In this document: one piece after another, positions 26,815 to 37,600 of the stretch
How the letters are laid out: each line of letters opens with the position of its first letter
Position numbering within the stretch: the first letter of the stretch is position 1
Assembly (NCBI GenBank): GCA_038241095.1
Contig: JBBRGB010000001.1
Coordinates: 1-48,810, forward strand
From: Phycisphaerales bacterium
Lineage (GTDB): Bacteria > Planctomycetota > Phycisphaerae > Phycisphaerales > Phycisphaeraceae
Length of the DNA: 48,810 bases
Reading direction: 5' to 3'
Position numbers and translations under genes: made by a program
The notes under the pieces: model-generated
Database searches by the model: none
Told to the model about the DNA's origin: nothing
Seen by the model: the letters and a program-made list of their open reading frames with translations, nothing else

Positions 26815-28515
26815 TTACGCCCCACGGCTCTGACTTGGCATGGCCACCTCCCGTGCCCTTCCCCAAGGCAGCGGCATCAAGCCCACGGCCATGATGAGCA
26901 ATTGGCTGACAACGAAAGCCGTGAGCCAGAAGGCCGCGGAGTCCATGAAGCCGTAGGAATGCAGGCCCACGCCCAGCATGTTGGTGCCGAACCACGACCA
27001 TGCGGTGACGATGTTGCCCCCCACCGCCAGCACCGCCATGCCGCGCTGTTTGATCATGCCTCCCCAGCGGGCGTGAAGAATCAGGGCGTTGCCCAGCACG
27101 ATGAGTACCGCGCCGTTTTCCTTGGGGTCCCAGCCCCAGAAGCGGCCCCAGCTTTGATCGGCCCAGATGCCGCCCAGCACCGTGCCCACGAAGGAAAAGA
27201 GCAGGGCAAACGCGATGGTGCCGTAGATCATCCCGCCCAGGGTTTTGATGTGCCGCGGGTCAATGGGGATGAAGCAACTCAGCACGCCCACGGCGATCAG
27301 GGCGATGCCCAGGAACCCCGCCAGGAACGTCGCCGAGTAACCGATGGTCACGGTGGTGACGTGGGTCGAAAGCCAGAAGTTGGAATCGAGCACCGCCTGC
27401 ATCATTTCCATGGTGTCGCCGGCGGCGAGGTTGTGGGCGATGATGAGGGTGGCGAAACCAATGAGTGAAGCCGCCAGCGTGCCCAGGCCGTTGCGGTAGA
27501 AGAGTTCGATGAACAGACCCAAGAGCACGCAGCACCAGCCGATGAAAATGGCCGAGGAGTATAGGTTGGTCACGGGTGGCCGACCTTGGAGCCACATGCG
27601 CAGGAGCAGGGCGATGGTGTGAATGACAAAGGTCAACACCAGCAATCCGACGGCCCCGTTGCGGAACCAGCCCGCGGCGCGGAAGCGGCCCAGCCCGGCC
27701 AGGAGCAGCGACACGCAGACGACCAGGAACGTGAGGATGTAGAGCAGCGTGCCTTGGTAAAACGGCGCGGCTCGGTTAAATGAAACTTCCACCCCGGCCT
27801 TGCTCACTTCGCCGGGCAGGTGGGCCTTGAGAAACGTCGTGTAGGCGGCGACCTCGGCGTTGAACTTGGCGGCGTCCTGCTGTTGATAGGCGGCGAGGAG
27901 GCCGGCGAACTGACCCGCGGCGGGATGAATCTTCCGCGTCCGCTGAAACTCGGCAAACACATCGGTGAACTTGCGCCACTGCTCGTCCACGTTTAACGGC
28001 GGCACAACGTAGGGCGTCTCCAACTGCGACAAATCCCAATAGGTGTTGAGATTGGCAAACAATTCGAGGATGCGCTTCTGAAAAAGATTGCGCTCGGCGG
28101 GCTTGACGGCCACGGCCTGCTGCGCTTGCTGGAGCAGGGCCTCCTCGTGGGGGCGGAGTTCGTTAAAAGAAAATCGCTTGCGCCCGGAATCGGCTTGGCC
28201 GATGAGCGCCACGATGTCCGGGTGGTCGATGCGGAAAACGGGGGCATCGTCAGCGCCCTTGCGGTGCCCCATCAAATCCGCCAGCCAGCGAATGGCCGGC
28301 TGCATCTTGCCGTCGATGTCCACCGTTTGCCGACCGCTCAACATCATCAGCGCGTTGCGCGCCACGGAGTCCAGCGGTTTGACCCGACCCTCCGCCGAGA
28401 CGGGAATGCGGCCAAAGGCGTCGAGATCGAAATCCGCTTGCGCCCACGCCGGCCCGGCCGCCAGCATCAGGCAAAACATTGCAAGCACTTGAAACCACGG
28501 CAGATACTTCCTCAT
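26815..28515 (-). CDS. ccsA: cytochrome c biogenesis protein CcsA/ResC (system II haem-handling subunit)
   Basis: The ATG at 28513-28515 overlaps the resB stop (ATGA). The signal-like N-terminus is MRKYLPWFQVLAMFCLMLAAGPAWA. A polytopic C-terminal half carries the Trp-rich WWD-type motif WGRFWGWDPKENGA. Confidence 0.88.
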   Translation of the reverse strand: MRKYLPWFQVLAMFCLMLAAGPAWAQADFDLDAFGRIPVSAEGRVKPLDSVARNALMMLSGRQTVDIDGKMQPAIRWLADLMGHRKGADDAPVFRIDHPDIVALIGQADSGRKRFSFNELRPHEEALLQQAQQAVAVKPAERNLFQKRILELFANLNTYWDLSQLETPYVVPPLNVDEQWRKFTDVFAEFQRTRKIHPAAGQFAGLLAAYQQQDAAKFNAEVAAYTTFLKAHLPGEVSKAGVEVSFNRAAPFYQGTLLYILTFLVVCVSLLLAGLGRFRAAGWFRNGAVGLLVLTFVIHTIALLLRMWLQGRPPVTNLYSSAIFIGWCCVLLGLFIELFYRNGLGTLAASLIGFATLIIAHNLAAGDTMEMMQAVLDSNFWLSTHVTTVTIGYSATFLAGFLGIALIAVGVLSCFIPIDPRHIKTLGGMIYGTIAFALLFSFVGTVLGGIWADQSWGRFWGWDPKENGAVLIVLGNALILHARWGGMIKQRGMAVLAVGGNIVTAWSWFGTNMLGVGLHSYGFMDSAAFWLTAFVVSQLLIMAVGLMPLPWGRAREVAMPSQSRGA

Positions 28516-29771
28516 CGCGCCCTCCCCACAAAACGCATCAGCATGTACCCGAAGTGCACCGTCAAACCCAGCGTCACCAGCAGACACGACACATACGGCA
28601 AGAGCCAACCGGGATTGCGCACCACCTGCAAGATGCTGCCCACCTGGCCCTGCGTAAAGGCGGACTGATAAAACGTCTCGCCTCCATAACGCAGCGGGTG
28701 GTTCATGTAGATGAGCACCTCGCGGTCTTCGTTGTGGGCCGGGTCCACCAAGCGAATGCGGCTGGCGAAGTTGCGGGCCTTTTCCGTGCCCACGAACTTC
28801 TCATGCGTGAAGTCCAGCAGGTGCAGCGTGTAGGGCTTGTAATCACGCTTGAAACGCAGGGCGAAACGCCAGGGGTGGCCGTCGATGGCGATCTCCTGGG
28901 TCTGGTCGAGATTCAGCGACACCAGCAGCGTGCCCATCGCCAAACCCTCTTTGTCCAAGAGCGTGATGTAAGCGGAGGGGGCATCGACGGGCATGTTGGT
29001 GTCCACGCCCGTCACCGGTGGCAACGGCGAGGCCAGCGCCACTTTGCCAAACCCTTCGGTGGCGGGATTGGTGGCCTTCAATTCCGGCGGGGCCATGCCC
29101 AAGCCCACCAAGGTCGAGTTGTCCATCCACCGCTCCACCCGCAACGAAAACGGCAGCATGGCGTGCGACAACACCCCCCCCACCCCTGCGGTTTGCGACC
29201 GCCCATCCGCGGCCCGGCGAAGCAGCGCCTCGGGGAAAACCACCACGGTGTCCAGTGAGGGATTCGTCGGGTCGATGACCGCCAGTTCGCTCTTACGAAT
29301 GTCTTGGGCGTATTGCGCGTAGGAGCCTTCGTAGATGGTCATCTGGGACTCATCTTGGGCCACGGCGGTGACGGCTTCGCCCACGAGCAACACGATCAGC
29401 CCCGCGTGAATCAGCAGGATGCCAGCCCGTTTCCACGACAGACTGAAGCGCACCGCGTGGGCCGCCAAGAGGTTGGCCAGCATCAGCCCGCCGATGAGGA
29501 ATCCACCGGGGAAGGGAAATGAGCCCGGCAGGGGGATGCTTCGCGGGGCGAAGATTTGCAGGGGGATGAATACGAAGTATTTGGAGGGTGGCCAACCCCA
29601 AGGGCGGAAGTATTGGTTGACGATGGTCCAGTTGCCCTCGAAGCGTTGCGCCAGCGTGCCGGCGAAGATGAGGAACATGGCCAAGGCAAAGAGCGCCACG
29701 GTGAGTTTCAACGACGCCAGGGGCGTGAGGACGCGCCGCCAGAGCGCGGGGGTTTCGGGGGATTTGCTCAT
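28512..29771 (-). CDS. resB: cytochrome c biogenesis protein ResB/Ccs1 (system II)
   Basis: The N-terminus is MSKSPETPALWRRVLTPLASLKLTVALFALAMFLIFAGTLAQ. A large periplasmic domain follows, and the C-terminus reads YQSAFTQ..VGSILQVVRNPGWLLPYVSC, a ResB-like architecture. The start overlaps the upstream stop (ATGA at 29768-29771). Confidence 0.85.
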   Translation of the reverse strand: MSKSPETPALWRRVLTPLASLKLTVALFALAMFLIFAGTLAQRFEGNWTIVNQYFRPWGWPPSKYFVFIPLQIFAPRSIPLPGSFPFPGGFLIGGLMLANLLAAHAVRFSLSWKRAGILLIHAGLIVLLVGEAVTAVAQDESQMTIYEGSYAQYAQDIRKSELAVIDPTNPSLDTVVVFPEALLRRAADGRSQTAGVGGVLSHAMLPFSLRVERWMDNSTLVGLGMAPPELKATNPATEGFGKVALASPLPPVTGVDTNMPVDAPSAYITLLDKEGLAMGTLLVSLNLDQTQEIAIDGHPWRFALRFKRDYKPYTLHLLDFTHEKFVGTEKARNFASRIRLVDPAHNEDREVLIYMNHPLRYGGETFYQSAFTQGQVGSILQVVRNPGWLLPYVSCLLVTLGLTVHFGYMLMRFVGRAR

Positions 29772-30571
29772 GGATGATCCCCTGAAAACTCCACATTTCC
29801 ATGCAAAACCCTCGTGCTTTCGCGCGTCCCCGAAAGCCCCGCCCCTCCAGGGGCGGGGAGATTGCCCCCCGCATCATCATTTCGCGTCACACCCACAAAC
29901 ACCACGCTCTTGAGAAACGCATCAAACGCTTTGCGTTGTGTCTCCACCGCGTCATGCGTTCCCGTCATCTTGAAAAACCACATCTGTCCTTGGTGGGCGA
30001 ACATGGCACTGACGATGCGGGGCCGTCGCTGCTGACCATCCTCTTCATTTCCCGCGACGACCGGCCCGCTCAGATCCACCAGAATCGCCGGTTGCCCCGC
30101 AATCATGGGCGTCTGATGCAACTGCTCGCCCAACGTCGCCACGGGGGCCAGCCCCACCTGCCCGCGCCAACGGTTGATGTTGGGCAACACTCCGCCGGCT
30201 TCCCCGGAAAGCGAACTCACCGTCACCCGCACCGGCCCCGCCGAGGTGTCAATGTCGTAAGCAGCCATGAGCAGATCGCTGGCGTTGGCCGCGGTTTTCC
30301 AATCCTCCGGTGTGGCAAAACGCAGCTTGCCCGGCGCGACGGCATCGGCATCCGTCGGTATCGGCCCGTGATCGTGACCCGTGTGATCGTCGTGATCCTC
30401 ACCACCCTGAACCATCTCGCCCGCCGCCATCGCCCCCGCCCCCGGTGGCGGCGGATCCTTCGCCACGCGATAAACCTCCACCCCCGGCTCGTCGCAGCCC
30501 GTTAGCGCAAAACACACCACCACAAAAATCAGGACGAGTCGCGTCACGTTATTCCATGCTCCGCATTTCAT
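29768..30571 (-). CDS. hypothetical His-rich lipoprotein, translationally coupled to resB
   Basis: ATG at 30571. The signal plus lipobox reads MKCGAWNNVTRLVLIFVVVCFALTGCDEPG. A His/Asp cluster EDHDDHTGHDH lies at 30368-30400. I recognise no family. The stop overlaps the resB ATG. Confidence 0.6.
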   Translation of the reverse strand: MKCGAWNNVTRLVLIFVVVCFALTGCDEPGVEVYRVAKDPPPPGAGAMAAGEMVQGGEDHDDHTGHDHGPIPTDADAVAPGKLRFATPEDWKTAANASDLLMAAYDIDTSAGPVRVTVSSLSGEAGGVLPNINRWRGQVGLAPVATLGEQLHQTPMIAGQPAILVDLSGPVVAGNEEDGQQRRPRIVSAMFAHQGQMWFFKMTGTHDAVETQRKAFDAFLKSVVFVGVTRNDDAGGNLPAPGGAGLSGTRESTRVLHGNVEFSGDHP

Positions 30572-30683
30572 GAAGACGCGATTATAGGGCGACACAGCGC
30601 AACAGAACCGCCCGAAGCGGCGACTTGTCCGTGGCTTCGCACTCTCGCAGCAAAACTGTTGCAACGAATCCTTCACGCGCACT

Positions 30684-33131
30684 TCAGATCGGCAGGATGC
30701 GATAGACGGCGGGGGATTCGCCGGTGTGGAGCCAGTAGAGCGTGCCCACTAGCGACCAGAAAAGGATCATCAGCACTTCGCCAGCGATGATGCCCACCAT
30801 CAGCGGTTTGACCGTGCGGTAGCTCGATTCACCGCCCACACGGATGACGGCCCACTTCACCGCCGCCGCCAGTAAAAACGAAAACGAGAACATGGCCATG
30901 GGGTAGGTTCCCCACACCAGAAACGCCACCGGATGCAGCGGCCACCAGGGCAAGCGAATCCGCGCCACGGCACAGCCCACCAATAACAACAGCCCCACCG
31001 TGGCCCAAGTGATGACCGACCCGGCGGGCGTGGCCAAGCGGAAGTGATCCAGCCCGCTTAAGCCCGTGGACTGGCCCAAGGCGTCTATGGCCGAGAGTTC
31101 ACGGATGCCGGCGGATGCGGCGTTGAAGGTGGCCTCGGCTTGGCCCACGCCCCATGAGTTGGCCGCAAAACCGTGGTTGTATTGCAGCCAGGTCGTCATC
31201 ACGATGGCCGCGACCAGACCCACCACCACCATCAGCCCGATCCAAGGCGAAACCTTGCCGGGCCTGCGATGCCCGACCTTTTCGTTCATCGCCAACCCAT
31301 TGGCCAAGTACGGCCCAATGTTTTCCCGAGGGTCGCCGGCCATGATGACGCTGGTCATGGTCAGGGCGATGAAAGCCTCCGGGCCAAGACCTTGGACGCC
31401 GAAGAACCCCGCGAGAATCACGCCCGGCAACCAGTCTGGCTGGGCGTAAAACAACCCCGTCTCGGCGTTGATCCGCGCCAACACCACGCCGATCATCACC
31501 ACCATGCCCACCGCCAAGGTCGCCATCAGCGGCCCCAGCCCGCCCCAACGCGCGAGAATAAACACCGCGCCAGCCATGAACAGCGGAAAGAGCCGCGCCG
31601 CCCAGACCGAGGAAGCCGGCGTCTGCGGGTCACGTTTCAAGCCCACCGCCCCCATCAAGGTGCGGGCGTAATGCCGACGACCAAAATAGAGAATCATCAG
31701 CGTCATGCCCACGTAGGCCCCGAAACGCATGAACGTGCCGTTGCCATCCACGGCAAAGCGGTTGGAAGAGAGACTCACGGCAAAGGAGAACAGCCACGAG
31801 CCGAAGAAAACCCACAGCACCTGCGAGATGCCCACGGAAAAAGCCACGCGGGTGTTGATGAAAAAACCAAAGCCGATGACCGAAGGGTAAATCAGCGGGC
31901 GAAAGAGGCCCCAGGAACCATCGGCGCGGCTGGCGTTGGGCAGGGCTTGCCGCATGGGGTCAAAGGGCATGGCCATGTCGATGTAAGGCCACTGCGGATA
32001 CCAGGCGTGCAAACCGTTGAGCAAGTGGAGGAAAGCGACCGCGCCGAAGCCATACCAAAAGAGGCGGTTGGAGGCGACCTCCGGCAGGCCCGCGCCGGGC
32101 TTGGCGCGGGTGAGTTCGGAGACGAACTCCACGGTGGGGTAAGGCAGCACTTCGCGGTGAAGCCATTGCGGGTGGACGATGACCAGCACGCAAAGCACCG
32201 CCAGCCCGGTCATGAGCACCACGCCGCCCCAGAGTCGCAGGTTGGGCCACCAGAGTCCCCAAGGAACTTGCGTGATGCCCATGCCCTGCCCACCGACGCC
32301 GCCGGAGAGCAAAGGCGTGATGTCATCGGTCATCACACCGTCGTTGAGCAACAGACCCTGACCTTGCGGAGGCGGTTGGATGATGCCGGGCGGCAAGGCG
32401 CTTTCAAGAACCGCGCGGGCCAGGGCGAGGCTTTCTTTGTCGGTCAGCGTTTGCTTGTCGCGGGCCTTGGTGGCGATGGCGTGGATGTAGGCGGGTAATT
32501 TGAGCGTTTGCCAAGGGAGACTGGCGAGAAAAGTTGGATCGTGGAGGATAGCGTTGATGGCCGCGAGCAGCGTTTCACGCTCGTTGGTTTTGAGCAGGTG
32601 GCCGGGTTGGTGGGTGGCGATGAGTTGCCGCGCGGGATTGTCGAGACGCTGGCGAATGATGGCGAGGGGCGGCGAGGTCTGACCGGCTTGATCCTCTTGC
32701 CCCGCGGGTTTGAGGGCCGCGATCAAGGCGTCCCAATCGCGGACATACCCCTCGGCCAACTCGGCGGAGCCGCCCGGCAGATACGACATCACCCGCGTCG
32801 CCTGCCAGGAACTCCTGATCTGCAACTGATGACCCGGCGTCACCACGTACTGGCCCATGTAGCGCATCAGCCCCGACCCCGGCCAGGCGCAGACCGCCAG
32901 CCCCAAGGCCAGGATCATGGCGATTTCCCCGGCATTCAACGGCCAGCGCGGCGAGGCCAAACGCAACAACGGATTGACACACAACAGCAACAGCAACCCC
33001 GCGCCGAACACCGAGGCCGGCAGGTGATTGCCGATGAGAAATGTCTGGCCAATGACAAAGTCGTTGAAGTACGTCGCCAAGGCCACGAACAGACCCAGCG
33101 CGATGCCCAACAAGATGGCGCGAGGTGACAT
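30684..33131 (-). CDS. large polytopic membrane protein of unknown function (resembles the DUF6784/DUF6785 class; assignment from memory)
   Basis: ATG at 33131 (MSPRAILLGIALGLFVALATYFNDFVIGQTFLIGNHLPASVFG...). The protein is 815 aa with many hydrophobic helices and a roughly 170-aa soluble insert. Coding-like codon bias is sustained throughout. Confidence 0.6.
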   Translation of the reverse strand: MSPRAILLGIALGLFVALATYFNDFVIGQTFLIGNHLPASVFGAGLLLLLCVNPLLRLASPRWPLNAGEIAMILALGLAVCAWPGSGLMRYMGQYVVTPGHQLQIRSSWQATRVMSYLPGGSAELAEGYVRDWDALIAALKPAGQEDQAGQTSPPLAIIRQRLDNPARQLIATHQPGHLLKTNERETLLAAINAILHDPTFLASLPWQTLKLPAYIHAIATKARDKQTLTDKESLALARAVLESALPPGIIQPPPQGQGLLLNDGVMTDDITPLLSGGVGGQGMGITQVPWGLWWPNLRLWGGVVLMTGLAVLCVLVIVHPQWLHREVLPYPTVEFVSELTRAKPGAGLPEVASNRLFWYGFGAVAFLHLLNGLHAWYPQWPYIDMAMPFDPMRQALPNASRADGSWGLFRPLIYPSVIGFGFFINTRVAFSVGISQVLWVFFGSWLFSFAVSLSSNRFAVDGNGTFMRFGAYVGMTLMILYFGRRHYARTLMGAVGLKRDPQTPASSVWAARLFPLFMAGAVFILARWGGLGPLMATLAVGMVVMIGVVLARINAETGLFYAQPDWLPGVILAGFFGVQGLGPEAFIALTMTSVIMAGDPRENIGPYLANGLAMNEKVGHRRPGKVSPWIGLMVVVGLVAAIVMTTWLQYNHGFAANSWGVGQAEATFNAASAGIRELSAIDALGQSTGLSGLDHFRLATPAGSVITWATVGLLLLVGCAVARIRLPWWPLHPVAFLVWGTYPMAMFSFSFLLAAAVKWAVIRVGGESSYRTVKPLMVGIIAGEVLMILFWSLVGTLYWLHTGESPAVYRILPI

Positions 33132-33498
33132 GCGTGCAGTATAAGCGTGAAGCACTCCGCCGCGGAAAACGGCCACGCACCGCATCACACGCCGCGCGGT
33201 CTGAACATGTCAATCCGCGCCCGGCCTTGTCGTGAACCCCGGCGATTGATTCTTCTTCCTTCCCGGCCGGCGCGGCCATTGCACTCGCGTCGGCTATTGA
33301 GATCAGGAGTTCTTCAAGCGCAAAACATACGCCCGCACAAAACTACCTATCCATTAGTCGGATGAGCCTTCTTTTCGATATAGGTCGTCCGGCAATCTCT
33401 TGACGATTCGATGGTGGTTTATGCGTGGGAATAACGAGGCCGATATGGGGGCCATGAAAGCCCTTGGGATGATACCTTGACGGTGAAATGACAACACG

Positions 33499-35350
33499 AT
33501 GTACGGGTGGCGTTGCCCTAGCACGCTCAGCGGGTGGTTTGGCGGATTGACCATCAATCAGGGCAAGGTTCTCGCGGGTGGTTCCCTCGGTTTCGGCGAT
33601 CCCGTCTCGGGTGTTCTGGGTCAGTATAAAAACGGTGCGTCAAATCGACAGATGGTTGTCAATCAAGGTGGTAAACTCGAGTTTACCACCGGTAATATCT
33701 TTGGACAAAGTGGCACCACCCAACTCTTTTTTACGATCAATGGAGGCGGCACCCTGACCAGTGCCAACATCAGTGGCGGGAGCAATTTCTTTGAGCAGGT
33801 GCTGACACTCAACGGAGGCACCCTGATCACCGGCAACGGCACCTCAGGTGGCCAGTCGTATCGGCTCAACAACAATGTGACCGTCGGTGGCGATACGGCG
33901 TCAAGCATTATCGCTGGCGGTTCAACTTACAACGGTGTTCTTCTCCGCAACAGCACCACCACCTTCACCGTCGCCGATGCGACGGGCAACGCGAATGCCG
34001 ACCTGATTGTTTCCGCAACCTTATTGAGAACTACAGCTCTCTGACCAAAGCCGGCGCGGGAACGATGCAACTGACCGGTGTCAACACCTATGGGGGCAAC
34101 ACCACCGTCAGCGCGGGTATCTTGGCTTTCAACAGCATCGCCAACGACAACACCACCGCCACGGCCTTGGGAAAGACTTCCAATAACATCGACATCGCCG
34201 GCGGGGCGGGACTCAAGTACGTCGGCACAGCGGTCGGTGGGCACAGTTCCAACCGCACCCTCAACCTCACTGGCACCGGCACGGTTAGCCTTGACGCCTC
34301 GGGCGTCGGCGATCTGACCCTCAATGGCAGCCTCGCCAATGCTTCGGGCAAGAACATCCTGCTCACTGGCACGGGCACGGGCAATGAAAACAAGGTCTTG
34401 GATTTGGGAACGGGCACCTTGACCAAAGAGGGCGCTGGCACATGGCAACTCGGCGCGGCCAACACTTTCACCGGCCTGACCACCGTCAACGCCGGGACGC
34501 TCAAGTATGGCATCACCAATGCCATCAGCAGCGGCGCGGTGACGGTCAGCGGCACCACGGCCGTTCTTGATTTGCAAAGTTTCAGCGACAGCGTCGGGGC
34601 CATGAGTTTGATTAATGGTGCCATCAACGGCACGGGCACACTTACCAGCACCAGCGGGTTTGACGTGCAAAACGGCAGCGTGGCGGCGGTACTCGGCGGC
34701 GGCGTGGGCCTGACCAAGACCGGGGCCGGCACCGTCATTCTCAGCGGCGACAACACCTACAGCGGCGCAACCAACGTGAACCTAGGCACGCTGCGAATCA
34801 ACGGCGGAGCGGTCGGCGGAAATGCCAGCAACGTCACTGTCAACGGCAGTGGCACGCTGGCGGGCACGGGCACCATTCGCGGGGCCGTGGACGTCCAGAG
34901 CACCGGCACCTTCACCCCGGAAACTCGGCCGGCACCATGACCATCGAAAACGACCTGACGCTCGCCGGCAGTTCGATCTTCGAGCTTGATAGCGACACGG
35001 TTTACGACCGCACGTGGGTCAACACCATTGCCAACGTGGTTGGCCGCGACCTGACCTTCGGCGGAACGCTGAGCGTGGTGGACAACGGCGTGGCCTTCGC
35101 CGACGGCCAGATTTTCGACCTCTTTGATTGGGGTTCCAACTCCGTGGCCAGTGGCAACTTCACCGATGTGTATCTGCCCACGCTCTCCAGTGGGCTGGCG
35201 TGGAAGGACTTCGGCGGCTCGCAGTTCAACTATGCCGATGGCTCGATCGAAGTGGTCGCCAATGCCATTCCCGAACCCGCCAACATGTTGCTCCTGGCCG
35301 TGGGAGCGTTGGTGATCGGCTACCCCATGCGTCGTCGCGTTTCGCTCTAA
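33499..35350 (+). pseudogene. autotransporter-associated beta-strand repeat / PEP-CTERM surface protein, 5'-truncated and split by two single-base frameshifts
   Basis: Three consecutive track ORFs (33499..34044, 34065..34940, 34937..35350) read as one protein if 1 nt is restored near 34018-34022 (..ADLIVSAT|LIENYSSLTKAGAGTMQLTGVNTYGG) and in the C4 run at 34915-34918 (..GTFT|PGNSAGTMTIEN). The C-terminus IPEPANMLLLAVGALVIGYPMRRRVSL is a PEP-CTERM signal. There is no signal peptide at the N-terminus. Confidence 0.75.
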
Positions 35351-35419
35351 CTTTCGCAACCCAAACGGCGTGAACCGTGTGTCACGTCAAAGACCCCTTT
35401 TGAAAGAAGGAAGAAAGTC

Positions 35420-37507
35420 ATGCAAAGTCTCAAGAATCGTCCCCGCACCGTCAGCGCTTTGGTCCTCGCGGCCATGGCCGCCTCGCTTGCCTCCACCGCC
35501 GGCGCGGTGCCCATCGACAAGGCCGACAACGCCTTGAATCTCAACGATCCGGCGAGTTGGGTGACGCTGTTCCCCGGCACCAACGACGTCGCCCAGTGGA
35601 GCAATGTCGTCACCGGTGCCAACACCGCGGTGTTGGGCGGCAGCGTGGGTTATCAGGGCATCGCCATTTTGGATCCCGGCGGCTTGGTGACCATCAACGC
35701 CGGCAACACGCTGGCGCTGGGATCGTCGGGCATCGACATGACGGCGGCGACGCAGAACTTCACCGTCAACGCCGCGGTGCGGCTTGACGCGGCCCAAATC
35801 TGGGACGTGGCGGCGGGTCGCACGCTGACCCTGGGCGGCGCGGTGAAAATGAATAACGACCTGACCATCCAAGGCGATGGCAACGTCACCACCGGCAACC
35901 TCGGCGACACCTCCACCGGCAGCCTGGTCAAAAACGGCATCGGCACGCTGACCTTCACCGGCCAGCGCGTGACCTACACCGGCACCACCACCGTCAACGG
36001 CGGACTGATGAACGTCAACGTCCCGGCCAACCAGGGCGACAGCGGTTTCGTCGGCACGGCGGGGTTGATTATCAACAACGGCGGCACGGTGCGTATCGGC
36101 ATGGACAACGGCCTGGTCGGCTACAACGGCGACGCGGCCAACCAAGTACCCGTGACCATCAACGCCGGCGGCAAGCTGACCATCGCCGCGGGCAAGGGCG
36201 CTCACATGCGCGGAGTATTGAACCTTAACGGCGGCGAACTCGCCAGCGAAGGCACCAACCTCGCCTGGGGCACGTGGAACCTCGACGGCGCTCAAGTCAA
36301 CGTCAACGGCGGGCTGGTGACCTCGGTCATCAGCGCCCAAGGCGTTTCGATGTGGGACGGCGGAACGGACACCACCTTCAACGTCGCTTCCGGCGCGGCC
36401 AACGGCATCGATCTGGATGTCACCGGCACGTTGATTCACCCCACCAATGTCAACGGCAAGGGCATGATCAAGACCGGCGCTGGCGTGATGCGTCTGGGGG
36501 CCAGCAACACCTATCGCGGCAAAACGACCGTCAAGCAGGGCACGCTGTCCATCAGCAGCATCGCCAACGTCGCGGCGGGCGTGCCGACCTCGGTGGGCAA
36601 CCCGCTCTTTGGCGGGGACGGCCTGATCGGCATCGGTGAAGGCGCTGTCGGCGCGGTGTTGCAATACACCGGCGCGGGCCACGCCACCAACCGCGCCATT
36701 GACATGGCGGGCACCACCGGCGGGGCGACGCTCGACGCCTCGGGTTCCGGCGCGTTGACCCACAACACCGGCATCAGCGCCAGCGGCGCGGGTGCCAAGA
36801 CCTTGACCCTGGCCGGCAGCGGCATGGGCATCATCAACGGCAACATCGCTAACAACAGCGGTGCCAATCAGACCTCCGTGGTCAAAACCGGAAGCGGCAC
36901 TTGGGCCTTGAACGTCAACAACAACTACGACGGCACGACCACCATTGACGGCGGCACGTTGCAGTTCAACGCCAACGGCTCCAACAACTTCACGGCCGTG
37001 ACGATCAATAGCGCCGGCACTTTGGGCGGCAACGGCACGCTTCGCCGGGCCGTCACCAGCTTGGGTGGCACGATTGCCCCGGGCACTTCGGCCGGCACGC
37101 TGACGGTCATCGCCGGCGTGTATCTCGATGCCGCAAGCGATCTGGCCTACGAGCTTAACGGCACCAACTTGGCAGTCGGCGGCGGGGTCAACGACCTGCT
37201 GACGAGCGTCACCGATCTGCAACTTGACGGCATGCTCAACGTCACTGAAACCGTCGCCGGTTCGTTCCTCGCGGCCAACCTTGGCGACACGTGGCGGCTT
37301 ATCAACTACACCGGCGTGCTGACCGACAACGGCCTGCAAATCGGCCTCATGCCCACGCTTTCCAGCGGCTTGGCCTTCGGGATTGACACCGTCACCCCCG
37401 GCCAAGTGAACCTGACCATCACCCAGGTCGTCCCCGAGCCCATCAGCTTGGCGCTCTTGGCGGCCGGTGGAATGCTCATCACCCTGCCCCGTCGGCGTCG
37501 GCATTGA
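35420..37507 (+). CDS. autotransporter-associated beta-strand repeat protein with PEP-CTERM anchor (intact paralog)
   Basis: The ATG at 35420 follows GAAGGAAGAAAG. The signal peptide is MQSLKNRPRTVSALVLAAMAASLASTAGA. There are many G.GTL.L.G.NTY.G.T.V..GTL repeats. The motif IAPGTSAGTLTV is present. The C-terminus is VVPEPISLALLAAGGMLITLPRRRRH. Confidence 0.88.
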   Translation: MQSLKNRPRTVSALVLAAMAASLASTAGAVPIDKADNALNLNDPASWVTLFPGTNDVAQWSNVVTGANTAVLGGSVGYQGIAILDPGGLVTINAGNTLALGSSGIDMTAATQNFTVNAAVRLDAAQIWDVAAGRTLTLGGAVKMNNDLTIQGDGNVTTGNLGDTSTGSLVKNGIGTLTFTGQRVTYTGTTTVNGGLMNVNVPANQGDSGFVGTAGLIINNGGTVRIGMDNGLVGYNGDAANQVPVTINAGGKLTIAAGKGAHMRGVLNLNGGELASEGTNLAWGTWNLDGAQVNVNGGLVTSVISAQGVSMWDGGTDTTFNVASGAANGIDLDVTGTLIHPTNVNGKGMIKTGAGVMRLGASNTYRGKTTVKQGTLSISSIANVAAGVPTSVGNPLFGGDGLIGIGEGAVGAVLQYTGAGHATNRAIDMAGTTGGATLDASGSGALTHNTGISASGAGAKTLTLAGSGMGIINGNIANNSGANQTSVVKTGSGTWALNVNNNYDGTTTIDGGTLQFNANGSNNFTAVTINSAGTLGGNGTLRRAVTSLGGTIAPGTSAGTLTVIAGVYLDAASDLAYELNGTNLAVGGGVNDLLTSVTDLQLDGMLNVTETVAGSFLAANLGDTWRLINYTGVLTDNGLQIGLMPTLSSGLAFGIDTVTPGQVNLTITQVVPEPISLALLAAGGMLITLPRRRRH

Positions 37508-37600
37508 TTGACAAACCTTGACTCCGTGGCGCGGCCAACGCCGCGCCACGGATTTGTGATCCGTCCTTGCAATCCCACCCTCACGCAGGGAGTCCCAAAC

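Noticed and set aside
33354-33557. 67-aa minus-strand ORF in the AT-richer gap upstream of the truncated repeat-protein gene
   Set aside because: It has no ribosome-binding site, no recognisable motif and no signal or TM features. It overlaps the start of the pseudogene fragment. Evidence for coding is insufficient.
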